Positions 13,733-27,780 of a stretch of 64,000 nucleotides of DNA are shown piece after piece. The notes under the pieces are model-generated. The model saw only the letters and a list, made by a program, of their open reading frames with translations, was not told the DNA's origin and searched no databases. The position numbers and the translations under genes were made by a program. The stretch's first letter is position 1. Each line of letters starts with the position of its first letter. Origin of the DNA: Lytechinus pictus (Eukaryota); the NCBI RefSeq assembly GCF_037042905.1, contig NC_087245.1:23190001-23254000 (forward strand). Direction: 5' to 3'.

Positions 13733-14329
13733 AGGGATGGTCCAGGCTGGAGATATTTTATATCTCAAATAAATAGAGTAAAATTCAGAGAGCAAAATGC
13801 TGATTTTTTTTTTCAAAATCGGTTTACAAATAACAAAGTTATTGATTTTTTAAGATTTGCATTATTCGGGTGAAACAGTTCCAGGCATGTCTTTAGGAAT
13901 ATTCATATGGGCTGATGATGTCATATTCCCATTTGTTCTTTTTTATTTTATTATGTGGTATTAGGTTTATTCAAATTTTGTCTACCAAGAACTAAAACAA
14001 TTCGATTGACAACTGATTAAGTGCATTATTTATTTACTTGCAGCAACTTAATTCATCATAATGAGACGCATCATTTACGCATGTATGAAAAATCGAAACA
14101 ATTATGATTTCATGTAATAACATAAGAAAAAGGAAAGTGGGGATGTGACATCATCAGCCCACCTAATGAATATTCATGACAATGTACATATAACTGTTTT
14201 CACAAAATATTGATAAAATTCAATAACTTCGTTATTTGTTATCCGATTTTGATGACATTTTTAGCATTTTGCTTTGCGAATTTTACTCTATTTATTCAGA
14301 TATAAATATTTACAACCCGGACCATCCCT
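13733..14329. mobile_element. Kolobok/T2-type MITE, subfamily B
   Basis: TTAA TSD both sides; TIR AGGGATGGTCC...GGACCATCCCT; same internal layout as family A. Confidence 0.88.
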
Positions 14330-15659
14330 TTAAGAGATACTGAGAGAAGAGGGGGTGAAAAATTTCACGGAGACTCTAGTTCTTGCAACAAGAAAGCCAA
14401 TTCATACAAACTTCAGATTCAGATTACCAAAAAAGCCGTGATCAATAGAAAATATATAGGCCCATGTATAATGTATACAAAATAAAAAAAGTATCATAAA
14501 GGATAGGGGTGTGACATCATCTGTTTACGAGAAAAGGGGCATCATTACAAACAACTCATTATTGTACACTATATACATGCTATTTCCTTCTATCAGCATG
14601 ATCTAAGGGTTTCAAAAACCTAAGTCGATATTGGAGGTTATAACTCTCCACACGTTGGGGACCCAAAGTCTGCTTCCTCAGTCCCGTGTATTGAAGTTCT
14701 TTTTCATCAACCCAAATCAGGCGTACCATCATTGTCTCTGCTAAATCTTTCCCTTTTGTTCCCGTCTCCGCCCCATCAGCCTCAATTCTTTTCTCTTCTA
14801 TTGATAGATCTTCCTTTATAACCTCACACCGTAGGGTGCTTTTCTTGTCTCCTTTCTCTTGTCAACCATTCATTTCTTGCGTGTTGATCTATTCTTTGAA
14901 TCTAGAGTTCGCATGTCCTAATGATGAGGTAAGACTGTTGGTCTTATCCTGGTCATTATTGGGTTTGTTAAGGTCCTGCCCATCCCTGTCATGTGCTAAC
15001 GAGGAGAATCACTTATACTGACTAAATAAGTCACCATGTCTTTGTGAAGCAGCATTTATTGGCAAACCATAAACATTGGAAGAAATGAATGGCGTATATT
15101 TCAATATCAATCTGTATAGTGAACATTGTTGATCATTGGTGTATTACATGAATTTGTATACTCCTCTTTCTGAAAATTTGTATGCTAGGGAAACAAGCGA
15201 GCCATTTTAAATATACAGTTCCGCTAATTTTTTGGCAGGTACAAAGTTAAATGATTCATACTTTTTTATTTTCAAGGAGCTTCAAAGGACATGGTGTTGA
15301 AACTTTAATAATATATAATTGATATACCGTATGATTAAAAAAATGTGGAATTCCTTTTGGCGAACTCCAACCCTCATCAACCCACAGCCTGAAAGCGCAC
15401 TACCCCCATTCTGTTTGATACATACATTTTATTTAATTTACAACAATTCAAAAATAATTTTGAATAATGATCTAAATTATTATCATGTAAAACTAGACTA
15501 TTTATGTATTTTTGTAAAGATTTCGTCTGATATTTCAATTTCGTATCACACAGCTTTGCGACTTATCTTGCGATTGGTTTTCACGATAGTTCGTTCACTA
15601 CATTTAATTAATCAACGTAACAACAATTTCAGACGACCAATAACCAGGCTTTGTGTTAA

Positions 15660-16256
15660 CGGACAATTCCACCCCAATACAAATTGATTTTAATAAAAAG
15701 TAAACAAAAATACAACAAGCATATATAAACACTGAAAATTTCATCAAAATCGGATGTAAAATAAGAAAGTTATGACATTTTAAAGTTTCGCTTAATTTCA
15801 CAAAACAGTTACATGCATATCCTGGTTGGTATGCAAATGAGGAGACTAATGACGTCATCCACTCACTATTTCTTTTGTAAATATGAAATATCCTTATTTT
15901 CTCCTCATTGTCAAGTGAAACAGTGATCAATTTCTCCCTGAACATGTGGAATTAGCATTGTTTAATACTATATGATTCAGTCAAGTCGGTCCCTAAGGTC
16001 AAATCTGTAAAAAATGAAATATTGTATAATTCAAACAATAAAAAACAAAAGAAATAGTGAATGATGGACATCATCGACTGACTCATTTGCATGTCACAGA
16101 GTTGTGCATATCACTCTTTTGTGAAAAATAAGCGAAACTTTAAAATGCCATACCTTTCTTATTTTAAAACCGATTTTGATGAAATTTTCAGTGTTATGCT
16201 AGTTTGATTTTTCTCTATTTATTCAAATCAATATTTTACTGGGGTGGGCTTCACCT
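15660..16256. mobile_element. Kolobok/T2-type MITE, family A, copy 2 (opposite orientation to copy 1)
   Basis: TTAA at 15656-15659 and 16257-16260; high similarity to 2057-2647. Confidence 0.9.
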
Positions 16257-16994
16257 TTAAGGGCAAAAAAATTTGACAAGCAAAAAAAAAAAAAAAAAAA
16301 AAAAAAAAGGTCTTCAAGCTCGTCAGGGGGGGGGGACACGTCCTTTGCATGGGTTGTGGCTCGTCAGGGGGGGGGGCAGACTGCCCCCCTCTGCCCCCTC
16401 CTCTGCCCCCCCCCCCCCCGTAGGTACGCTAGTGGCCTATAGTCATACGGATATTCTACTTTATTATGTTACGAAAGTAACCATGATAACACTCTGTAGT
16501 TTCTTCTGCAACGCCCATCATTCCAACCCACTTTAGTTGTTTAAAAATTCACAATTCATATAATCTTTTTTTTTTCTTCAAAACCAAGTTTTTTAACAGA
16601 CAATTCAAGGTGGTGAATAAAATCGGTGATATGTTAACGGATGGGTGTGGAGTTTAATAACAGATATTAATATCATTAGCGGTGTCCCACAGCTTCTAGG
16701 TCGGGTTATTCTGCAATGGAAACTCAATCACACCTTGGTTCGTTGGCCTTTGATACAAATACAATCGCTTTAGCAGGGCTTCCAGTCTCGAAATCATGAG
16801 AAAACAACGAAAATATGATAGCCATAACTTCCATATCTTTTCACATGAAATTTTATTCTATCATGTTTATTGTCGAAGTGAAAGCCGTTGACTGTTGTCT
16901 GTGTTACCACAATTTGGCGATCTGTTAAATTTGGCTGCATGTTGCATGTTGATAGTAGTGTGGTCATAAGTTTTCTTTGTCTTTGTATTATTAA

Positions 16995-17605
16995 AGGACA
17001 GGTCCACCCCAACAAAAAAGTTTATTTGAATAAAAAGGGAAAAATCCAACAAGCATGACAAGCATAACACTGAAAATTTCATCAAAATTAAATGTAGAAT
17101 AAAGAGAGTTATGACATTTTAAAGTTTAGCTTAATTTCACAAAACAGTTATTTGCACATCCTGGTCGGTATGCAAATGAGAAGACTGATGACGTAATTCA
17201 CTCACTATTTCTTGTGTTTTATTATTTGAAATATCAAATATTCTAATTTTCTCCTCATTTTCAAATGAAACAACAATTAATTCCCCCATGAACGTGTGGG
17301 ATTATGGTTGTTTGATACGATATGGTTCAGTTAAGTTGGTCCTTCTTGTCAAATCTGTAAAAAAATGAAATATTATATAATTCAAACAATAGAAAACAAA
17401 AGAAATAGTGAGTGAGGGACATCATCGACCGTCTCACTTGCATGTTACTGAGTTGTGCATATCTGTTTTGTGAAAAATAAGCGAAACTTCAAAATGTCGT
17501 AACTTTCTTATTTTACATCCAATTTTGATGAAATTTTCAGCGTTTTTGCTAGTTTGATTTTCTCTATTTATTCAAATCAACATTTTTCTGGGGTGGACTT
17601 GACTT
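16995..17605. mobile_element. Kolobok/T2-type MITE, family A, copy 3
   Basis: TTAA at 16991-16994 and 17606-17609; AGGACAGGTCCACCCCAA...GGGGTGGACTTGACTT. Confidence 0.9.
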
Positions 17606-18656
17606 TTAAAGACGACTGTCATTGGAGGATTTTTCGTTGTGCCCATATGACGGAGTATTAGTCTTTAAACACTCACCTTTGAATAGAACATATAAAGTGA
17701 CATTTCGTGCTTGTTTGTTTTGTAATGGCATTTATTGAAATCATTCAGTTCAAATCATACAAGTCATGGTCCATTGCAAATTGTTACAATGTATACATCT
17801 ACAAAACACTGTCCATAAAGACAAATACTTATTCATAATGCGGATAGGCTAAAATCTAGACATTTCACATTGCTGAATAAAATGACACTAGATGAATAAA
17901 TGTAAAGGGGGACAATGAAATCCTTTTGATTATTACTTTTTGGTGAATATGTAGTTTGTAATGATAATTATCATGCAATGTTAAATGAATATGATAACCA
18001 GTAATCGTTCGATAGGAATAGTTAGGAGAATAGTATCTTCCACAATAGTTGTTTTGTTTCTCGTAGTTTATGTGTTTATGTACATCATAATTTATAAGGA
18101 GTTACAATGATATAGAAGGTATTTGCTGTACGACTACATGATCAAAATGTTGAATTCTGGGTAAGAACTATAAGGCAGTATGTGTAGCTCAGTACAGTTG
18201 GTGGTATAGCTCTATGGTGCTATCAAATGTTTACCATGACATGCTACCTTTAAACAGAGAAACCGGAAATCCATCAGTTCTATATAACAACGACCATCAA
18301 GGATTGCATTTTCATGTACTATCTCTGTTATTGCAGAAATGATTTGTTTTAATACGAAAACATGAATGATAGAAGTCGTTAAATAAATAGTTCATCAGTG
18401 TCTCTGTGTATCTTTTCGCGTCATCAATTACATTCTAGCCTTTTTGCATTTACAATATTCATATTTTATTTGTTTTTAATCAGCGTAAACCCTATTTATA
18501 ATCTGCTCGTCATTGTAACTTACAGAACTTACAGTATGCTTATGCCGGGCATTGCTATATACGACGTTGCAAGACACATTAGTGAGATATCAAGCAAAGA
18601 CTTTATTCCTGATGCTTGTAATGCCAATATCCACTGAGGGCAGTGGAAGTGTTTAA

Positions 18657-19140
18657 AGGGGAAGTTCACCCTGAAGACAACTTTGTTGTAAAAATAGCAA
18701 AAAATGTTATTAAAAAATATTTGGTGAAGGTTTGAAATCGGTTAAAGATTAATAAAAAGATATTAGAATTGTAAGTTTCTGATGTGTGATGTCATGAACG
18801 AGTAGCCGCCCCATATGTTATGTAATATAAAATGCATGAATTTCAATTTTCAATGGTTCCTGATGACTTATCTTAGTGTGACCGGTGTGAAATGATTTGT
18901 CTATTGATATACAAAAGGTACAGTAAAAACCATTTTAAATTTTCTGAGAAAATGACATTTAATTGAATTCGCTATGTACACGATGTAGGAATGCTGCTCG
19001 CATATGACGTCACAATTCAAATAATTAATTTTCTAAAAACTTTTTAAATCTTGATGGATTTTTCCCAAACCTTTGGCAATATTTTTAATTATTTTTATGC
19101 TATTTTTACAACAAACTTTTTGTCAGGATGAACTTCCCCT
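18657..19140. mobile_element. Kolobok/T2-type MITE, subfamily C
   Basis: TTAA TSD; TIR AGGGGAAGTTCACCCTGA...TCAGGATGAACTTCCCCT; second copy starts at 33336. Confidence 0.88.
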
Positions 19141-21652
19141 TTAACTGGGTACCCGGTTGTAATCATCTTATTGATCTATTTGCCACTCATTATCCAATCA
19201 TGTTCAAACTAATTTGAAATGCGGGTACCGGGACCTGGTCGTGAGAGTGATCCGTCTCTAAAATGGTTCCCAGATGAATTTGAATATGTACTCCTTATCT
19301 GCGCGCAAACCATAATCCAAACTAATTTTAAAAACACAAAGTGAATAAACGTGTAATTGTAATATTTTTAATTGAATTGAATTAAAGTTAATTAAAACAA
19401 CTGTTAGAAATGTAATTCGATCCTTTCAAAAGTTAGAGTACTAAAAAAAAAAAAAGCAACATTCTGAGGATTCATATAGTCGGGTACACAAGCAAAGTCT
19501 TAAAGTAGCATTCTTAAAATATGGTGGTCATTCATCGGCCATATTCCAACATTCATTTTTAGAATTTGAAATTTATCGGCAGCAGTACAAGGCCTTATAA
19601 GCTCCCTTCCAATCCTCTCGATGTTTGGGTCCAACCGATATGACTTCGACATTTTCATGAAATGGCACGAGTTTACACTTATTGAATGGAAATGAAAGAT
19701 GATACCAGCATCGACCACGCATCGTTTGGCCATGTGAATTCTGGAGATGGAGAAATTTGATTCGGTGGCAATATTGACCAGCCGGACGGGCACTCGATCT
19801 GGAAAGAAAAGGATGATCGAATCTCTTTGATAAAATGTAAACACTGCGCCAGCTTGCGATAGAATATAGAAAGTTTAATGGAGTTAAAATGTCAATCACA
19901 TCATGGAAGCATGACGTCATGATTAAATTGTTTGTTAAAGAAAGAGGGGATGGAAAAGTGCATTGACATGCATATCATGCTCTTTTTTACAATTTGAATT
20001 ATGATTTTATCTCCACGTTGATGACTTCAAAATTCTAGATTTTTACCTCCATTTTTTTAATTCAACATTTTTCACGTATCAATGTTAGGCCTATATAACA
20101 AACCCCTATACATGTATTTTTCTTCTTCGAATGAGTGGTTGCTAACTAGACAGGATAACATATAAAAATGACATCGCCCCCCCCCCCTAAATGACATGTG
20201 ACCCCATACATTCCATTAGATGACTAAAGGAAAGTTAGCAACACCTTCTGCCAAAAATGATCCAAAATATGTTCATGATTGATGAGCTGGAGAAACTCTG
20301 AAATCAACAAGTGACTTGGCTGTGTCATAGAATGCCAATTATTAAGAAATATTATATGTCACATGATCCATGACAATATGATACTCATGCCTAAAGAAAT
20401 CATCAAAATCACATTCCGATTTGACTTTTATTGACACGGCGTTAGGTCAGTTCCAGTGTATTTGCTTTATACTTTTCTAATTCAAATCATATTCTGTATA
20501 CATGTGTTTACGTAGATTTGTTTTCTATAATTTCATTCATTCTTGGATATTGTGTTTATACAAAAATCCTATTTCCCGTTTCATTTGCTGTTTTGCGAAC
20601 AGTTTCTCGATATCATAAATGGTCATTTGGGATAACACCCCCCCCCCTTTTTTTTTTTGCCGGAATCAATACGACTCCACACAGTATGTTGACAGGGTGT
20701 TTATGACTGTGAACACACTTTTTTAGTTTGTTTTAATCTGTGACGATTGTTTCAAGATTCTATTCTGTGAAACATATTCCCTCTCTCTTTTATTCTCTCC
20801 CTTCCTTCTCCCCCTCTCCCTTCTCCCTGTATCTCTCTCACCCCCCGGTTGCACTTGAGAAAGATCCCCATTCTTCTTAACACCCTCAAACGGTTTAGAG
20901 AGCGATGAGTACCATCTTCACCCACGAAGATATAGACCCATGCTTCAAGTGAGGGAAACCGCCCTTTTCATTTGCAGCTGCAGAGCAGAGGTCCAAACTA
21001 TCATGGTGACCGGAGTCCGGGACCCCATCATTCAAACCCTTGAGGTTGCAACCATTGTTTGCCAGCCTGCCAATCAGAATAATGAGTCATTATTAACACC
21101 GATAATGACCGCATTGTCATACGCTGACCCCCTCCCCAATCTTATTGTTCGAAATGAGACAGGTTGACAAGGGAAAGTTTAGCAAATTTTGAGAACGATG
21201 TCCTCGTTAACATTCCAGAGGAATGAATTTAATCTTCGTCCTTTTTTGTTCATTCCTGTAAGAAATGAACAAAGATTTGTTCAAGAAGTTAAAAAGCATG
21301 AATATTTTATTACGAAATGTGTGGCTGATAGAAGCATCGATATCGACGTCTTGCTCATTTTTCATACAGTCACTGGTGGGGGGTGGGATCTCACAAAAAT
21401 ATAAACATACAAATAGATTTAAACTGTTTTTATTAAACAGAAGCAACATAATGGTATAAGATTTTAATGGTTTAATAGATTAAGAAGGAATTGATTTAAT
21501 GGTAGGCCTGAAGATGTGTGTTGAATATAAAGCTCTTGAATATAACTCACTAGTCTCTTATTTGAGTCAATAGCTTTTGCACGAGTGAACCCCTTATTTC
21601 CACAAATATTTACTTAATAATTTTCAAAATGTGTATTACCTATCATCATAAA

Positions 21653-22261
21653 AGGTCAAGTCCACCCCAGAAAAATGTTGATTTGGATAAATAGAGAAAA
21701 ATCAAACTAGCATAACGCTGAAAATTTCATCAAAATCGGATGTAAAATAAGAAAGTTATGACATTTTGAAGTTTCGCTTTTTTTTCTCAAAACAGTGATA
21801 TGCATAACTCAGTGACATGCAAATGAGACAGTCGATGATGTCCCGCACTCACTATTTCCTTTGTTTTTTTATTGTTTGAATTAACCAATATTTCATTTTT
21901 TACAGATTTGACAATAAGGACCAACTTAACTGAACCATATAGTGATGAACAATGCTAATTCCAAATGTTAAGGGAGGAATTGATCTTTGTTTTACTTGAC
22001 AATGAAGAGAAAATTATTAGATTATTTCATATTTTATATAATAAAACACAAAAAAGAAATAGTGAGTGGATGATGTCATCAGTCTGCTCATTTGCATACT
22101 GCAGCGGGATGTGCATATAACTGTTTCGTGAAAATAAACAAAACTTTAAAATGTCATAACTTTCTTATTTTACATCCGATTTTGATGAAATTTTCAGTGT
22201 TATGCTTTTTGGATTTTTCTTTTTTATTCAAATAAACTTTTTGTTGGGGTGGACTTGTCCT
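21653..22261. mobile_element. Kolobok/T2-type MITE, family A, copy 4
   Basis: AGGTCAAGTCCACCCCAG...GGGGTGGACTTGTCCT followed by TTAA; left TSD degenerate (TAAA). Confidence 0.9.
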
Positions 22262-23684
22262 TTAAGAAATAAAATGATCTATTATTGTACACTTTCTTTA
22301 TCATAATTATCGGTAAATTTTCAGGTCTACTATGTTCATGTAATGATTTAATATCACAATTTTCTGTTGGAAATTAACGAACACATATTTGAATTGCCCA
22401 AGCAATCGAAACAAAATCGTACATATGGCATATCTGTTTGATCTTCTTTTCCACTTATTTTCCTTCTTCTCTTTTCCACAGCCTTCTCCCCTTCTTCATC
22501 ATTCTATTCTTCTTCTTGTCTTGTTCTTTCTTTTCTTTCGTCCTTCCGTTTTATTTCTGCTCTTCTTTTCTTTCTTTCTTTCTTTTAAAAATATTATATA
22601 TGTACATGTATTTTCATTCTTTATTTCATTGTTTTATGTAATTACTTTGGTATCATAACTTTATGTAAGGGTCAATATTTTACATGCTTCGGCCTCTTTT
22701 GGGGTCCTAACCATTTTGTTATATAATATGCTTCTGTGATCGATTTATATTTTATATTGGTTGAATGAATTGAATTCTTTCTTTCTTCCTTCCTTCCTTC
22801 TTTTCTTTCTTTCTTTCTTTCTTTTTTTCTTCTTTTTCTCCATCTTCTCTTCTTCTACAAAAAAAAACCGATGAAGATCGAGTGAAAATGACAATTAAAT
22901 GAATAAAAATAAGTGAAAAAGAACAAATGAAAGCATACCTGTAAAATGCATACACAGCCTACCATCACTATCTCTCAGCCAATATTTCATCGCTTACAAA
23001 ATTAAACAGTTTACACAAACCGAATAAAACCACCCATGGAGAACTGCAAAGATTACCATCCAACAACAAAATATCAACGAAAATAAGGTCGCATCATTGA
23101 AATTTGGACTATACGATAGTAATCCCGATTTATTTTCTTTGAACGTCTCGGGATGAGGCAATCACTCGTCACATTTCGATCGCTGAGAAAAAAAATAGTC
23201 TCCCAATATGGGCTTTCGTCATTTCAAACATGATATTTCCACGGGCATTTTCACCAAATTCATTTCATTGTTTTTTTGACCGTGGTTATTTGTAAAACTG
23301 TATTAGAATGAGGAATTTTTACCTTCTTTTAAGATTTTTTAGTTTTACCAAATTAGACATTGTTGATACTGATTTCTTGAATGCTCAAGAAAATTAGAAA
23401 TTTAATAAAGCTTCTCCAACCGTTTGCATCAACAAAGCTTATAAATCGCCCTGTCATCAGAGATGAAATGGATCATGATCGAATGATAATCTTCACCGGA
23501 TTGTTCAGTGCAGTTGAAAAATTAGTCTAAAAACAGACACTTACACTGTTGTTAACTTCAACGCGAACAAATATTATTATATTACTTTTGTGTTCTACGT
23601 ATAGCTATATGACTATACAGTAAAATATACCTAACCAAATTACAAAGAGCACATATCCGAAACCAATAATCTACACATTTTTAT

Positions 23685-24865
23685 CCGATGCTACACCCAC
23701 GATGAGTTGACATAAATTTTGAGAAAAATGAGACAAGCATCTTGAATCGTGAGCTTAACACTTTTTTTACAAATAAGAATCATATGTAAAATAAGTATGT
23801 TATGGCATTTTTAGGTTTCACTCTTTTTTACAAAAAATAATATTAACATCATGGTTAGTATACACTGGTAGCCGATGGTATCACATACTCATGATTTATT
23901 TTTTATCTTATTAAAGGAAATACGACCAATTTTGATAGATAATATTTCCAAATCGCAATAATCATGATAATAAACGAAAATGAGTTTCATTTCCATGAGA
24001 AGTTGAAGATTTATTTATTTTACTTTTTTTTTTTTGGGGGGGGGAAGCATGAAATATAACACATTTCATTAAATGAAAGACAAAGAAATCACGAATATTT
24101 GATGTAATTGGTACCCTCATTCAATTCAATTTATTTTATTTCATTTTCAACAGAACAAAGTAATGTGGTCAAAAAAGTTACAATGAGCTTATACAGACAA
24201 AATAAATTGAGGCATGTACAGTATATGATATTTATCTATAAGTGAAAGTAAAACAAAACAGAGTATTATATACAAGCAAAATATCATAACCATTTTAAAA
24301 TAAAATTCTGAGAAAATGTAGGGATCCACTAAAAAGCAGTGCTTGTATTTTGTGGACCCCTGTAAATAATTATTTTAGAATTGCCTACGAAGACGGACAC
24401 GAAGGTGACAAAACAGAGAACAGCAGAACAAAAAAAAACAAAGAACAAGAAACAAGAGAAAAAAGAAACACACACAAGGGATATGAAAATAAAAGGGAAA
24501 AGAGATAAAGAAAGATAATAGAGCAGGACTTCAATGCGCGGATAATAAAAAAAAAATAGGTGATTTTCATAAGAAGAGCTATGTGCGTGATGAAGATAAA
24601 TATACTAGGCAATAAACCATGAAATCGAGCGATGATTATTTTCTATAACTTGATGGTATTTTATTGTATACCGCCAATAATGTGACCTTCACTGCTTAGT
24701 GGAAATGATGGAACTTTGTAATGTCATAACTTTCATATTTTCCATTCAATTTTGATGAAAAGTTCAGTTTTATATATACTTGTCTAGTTCTTCTCTAAAA
24801 TAAAACCTAGTAAGTCGATTTTATTCGAATAAACATTTTTTTTTTTTAGGTGGACTTGCCCTTTT
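23685..24865. mobile_element. Old degenerate family-A MITE interrupted by a retroposon-like 3' tail (~24121-24663, minus strand)
   Basis: MITE consensus breaks at ...GTACCCTCAT (24120) and resumes at TTGTATACC (~24664); ends GGTGGACTTGCCCTTTTA. The insert has a stem-loop (GGGATCCAC...GTGGACCCC) and an ATTCA-type tail. Confidence 0.6.
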
Positions 24866-25664
24866 ATTCAAATGAGGTTACCGACCCGCAACTAGTTAGT
24901 TATTGGGCTGTGTGTTTGCTTGTGTGTGTGTGGGGGGGGGGGCGTCGGGCCGAGTTGATAAAAAGAAAGGATCGAATCGATTCGACAATGCGACTGTCCA
25001 GTTTTTACTGTTCTGGCGAAAGAGGGGGCTTTATACATAACCGTTTGGGTGGGATTGACTGCTTGGCGACATGGTTCAATATCAAGTTATTGGTAATTCA
25101 TGTAATGCATGGTATAAGATGGCAAAAGTAGTTCGCATTACCTAAATATAATTTACATTGATTTGAATACGTGTGTCTATGATTCTTTTTTTTTATCATT
25201 TATACATTCCATGAAAATATAATCATTTGTTTGTGCATAAACTTTTTGAAAGGAACTTTGGAAATGTAGAATGTATGAAAAATTATGTGTTATGTTGTAT
25301 TGACATTCTCAATACAGGCAAAAAAGAAAGAAAAAAAAACAACACTTTAATATCCCGCTTCTAGGATTGTGTCAACAACAAGAGTATTGCAAATCAATAT
25401 GAAATATGAATATATGATTCTGAAATTTTAGAGTAATTTGATATGCCTTTGCTTCCCATCGTACAATCTAAAAAAAATGAAATGGACATAGGTCTACTCG
25501 TTTCCCGAGTTTTGTTAGGGGATGTGACACGATTGAGGTAATTACGACAAATAAATACATTGCCATCGATTTGCTTTATTTTCAGATTTTCATTCCTTGT
25601 GGAACTATTGGGGCAATGAGTAGCTACAAGAAAGACATTAACCTAGTAAGTAATAATTTCTGCC

Positions 25665-25880
25665 TTTCACTTATTCACTCATTTATTTATCCAGACATTC
25701 ATTTATCCATTCATTCATTTATTCGTTCGTTCGTTCAATCGACTACTCATTCATTATCCATCCAGTCCTTAACTCATTCATTCATCCATTCGTCTGTTCA
25801 TTCTTCATTCATTCATTCGTTTGTTCGTTCAATCGACTACTCGTTCAATTTATTTTCATCAAGTCGTTTATTCATTTTAT
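25665..25880. repeat. Degenerate (TTCA)n microsatellite
   Basis: Direct inspection. Confidence 0.8.
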
Positions 25881-26892
25881 TCAATACCGTGTTTGTAATG
25901 TGTTTTTGAATTTTGTTAACTTTATTTTCATGATATATGTACTCAAGTAGAGATGAATGAAAACAATTTTGCGTACACAAAATTCATTATTAATTTATCA
26001 TCGATATATTATTGCCTGGCAAGAATATAACATAGAAAAAGGATTCATTCAATAATTGAAAAAAACAAACCTTTCAATGTGTTATGCAATAAGCCAGATG
26101 CGTTGCTTTGTCAGTGAAATTTTTTGTTTTGTAAGGCTTCTTTGAAGCCCCAAGTCACAAGTTACCATTAAAACAAAACACCCAATTCAAATTGGTCTTT
26201 GTGACTTTGTCGTGTGCGTGGATAGCTCTCCTTCATTTACGAAAAAAATCAAATTGAAATATACTGATACTTCCATATTCTCTTATTTTTTTTCAATTTG
26301 TGCATCAATGCTCACCGACTAAACTTCTGTATTATGACTTCTTTGGAAAGTTCGTTCATTTTCGTCACGTTCAAATAATAGGGACTTTTCGATTTGCTCG
26401 TCCATTAGTGGAGGTGATGTCGACTAAAACACGTCCTTAACTAATTCGCCTAAAAATAAATAATAATGATAATAAAATGGAAAAAAGGGAAATTGAAGTC
26501 AGTAGAATTTATATTAACCAAACCTTATTTACTTTTTTAATCGTCATATTGCCGTCTAGATTATTACTTACCTTGTTCTGAGCATCTTAACAGCAGCTGG
26601 ATCCGGTGCGTTGATGATCGTGAGTGCTATTAGCGCTTCAGCGACAGGAAAGTGCTACGAAAATGACTGGCAATACGACTGCTGTAGCAAGACTACTTGG
26701 GTATGACATATTTTTCAATATTTTTTAGTTTTTATTCTCATTTGGGGCATATGCTTTGTGAGGAAACGTCGGAGAAAATAATGTGCACGATTCGTATTAA
26801 AGACTCGGACAAACATAATGATCTATATTTTCATACTTGATTAACCGTAAAAATGCAAAAGTGATAAACACGAACCGAAGCACCGCAGGGAC

Positions 26893-27780
26893 AGGGGCGG
26901 CGGAGCTAAGTTGAAAGTGGGGGGGGGGGGGGGGGCAGGGGGAAAGGGCACCTTTTCTTTTGAAAAATGCACTGTCTTGAAACAAAGAAAAATTACTTAT
27001 ATACAGAGGCGTAAAGGGGCAAATATTTTGAGGGGGCTAGATATGTCGTATCACGTAAATTTATAAGAAGTTGAGAGCGAGCAAAAGTTTTGACATTTTT
27101 ACTACAAAAATCTAATTTTGTGATAGATTTTGAAAAACTAACATTCATAAAATAATGTCCTATTTCACCCTTCTCTCTTTCCTTTTCTCCCCTTTTTCCT
27201 TGTTCGTTAAAAATTTGGGGAGGGGACAAGAGCCGCCCATCTGTACGCCTCTGCTTATCTACCCCACTCACGTGACTCGTGAAGCTTAAGGCACGTAGGA
27301 TTATCCTTAACAGGTTTTGTAGTATCATATGGAAAATGAGAATATTGTTTTTCTTGTTTTAAAGGGGCACTCGTTAACACTTAAAATGGATCCTTCTCAG
27401 GTGAAAGGGGCACATAACACGGTCGTGTGGGGCACCTTTCTTGGGTAAAGGGGGGGGGGGGCTGATACGAGATGGGCAAGGGGGCACTTGCTCACACATA
27501 AAACGGGTCCTTATCAAGGGGCACAGAACACCTTCGCGAGGGGGCAAAAATTGGAAATGGTACGAGAAACGGCTCTTTCTAACACATTAAATCGGGCCCT
27601 TCTCATGTGAAATGGGCACAGAACCCCTTTGAGAGGAGGCACTGTTGATAAAAAAAAATTGGCACTGATACGAGAAAGGACACTAGGTAACACCTAAAAC
27701 GGGCCCTCCTCAGGTGAAAGGGGCACAGTACACGTTGTGAGAGGGCAATTTTCTGGCGTAAAAGGGCACATTTTTAGACA
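26893..27780 (+). mobile_element. GGGCAC-repeat hAT-like element containing a nested 250-bp element (27004-27253)
   Basis: Starts CAGGGGCGGCGGAG; inverted relative at ~60810-62370. Nested element has TIR CAGAGGCGTA...TACGCCTCTG and near-perfect 8-bp TSD CTTATATA/CTTATCTA. Confidence 0.7.

Noticed and set aside
14560..15020. Possible coding or LINE ORF1 remnant on the minus strand
   Set aside because: Short open stretches with no recognisable motif or splice pattern; cannot be supported without BLASTX.
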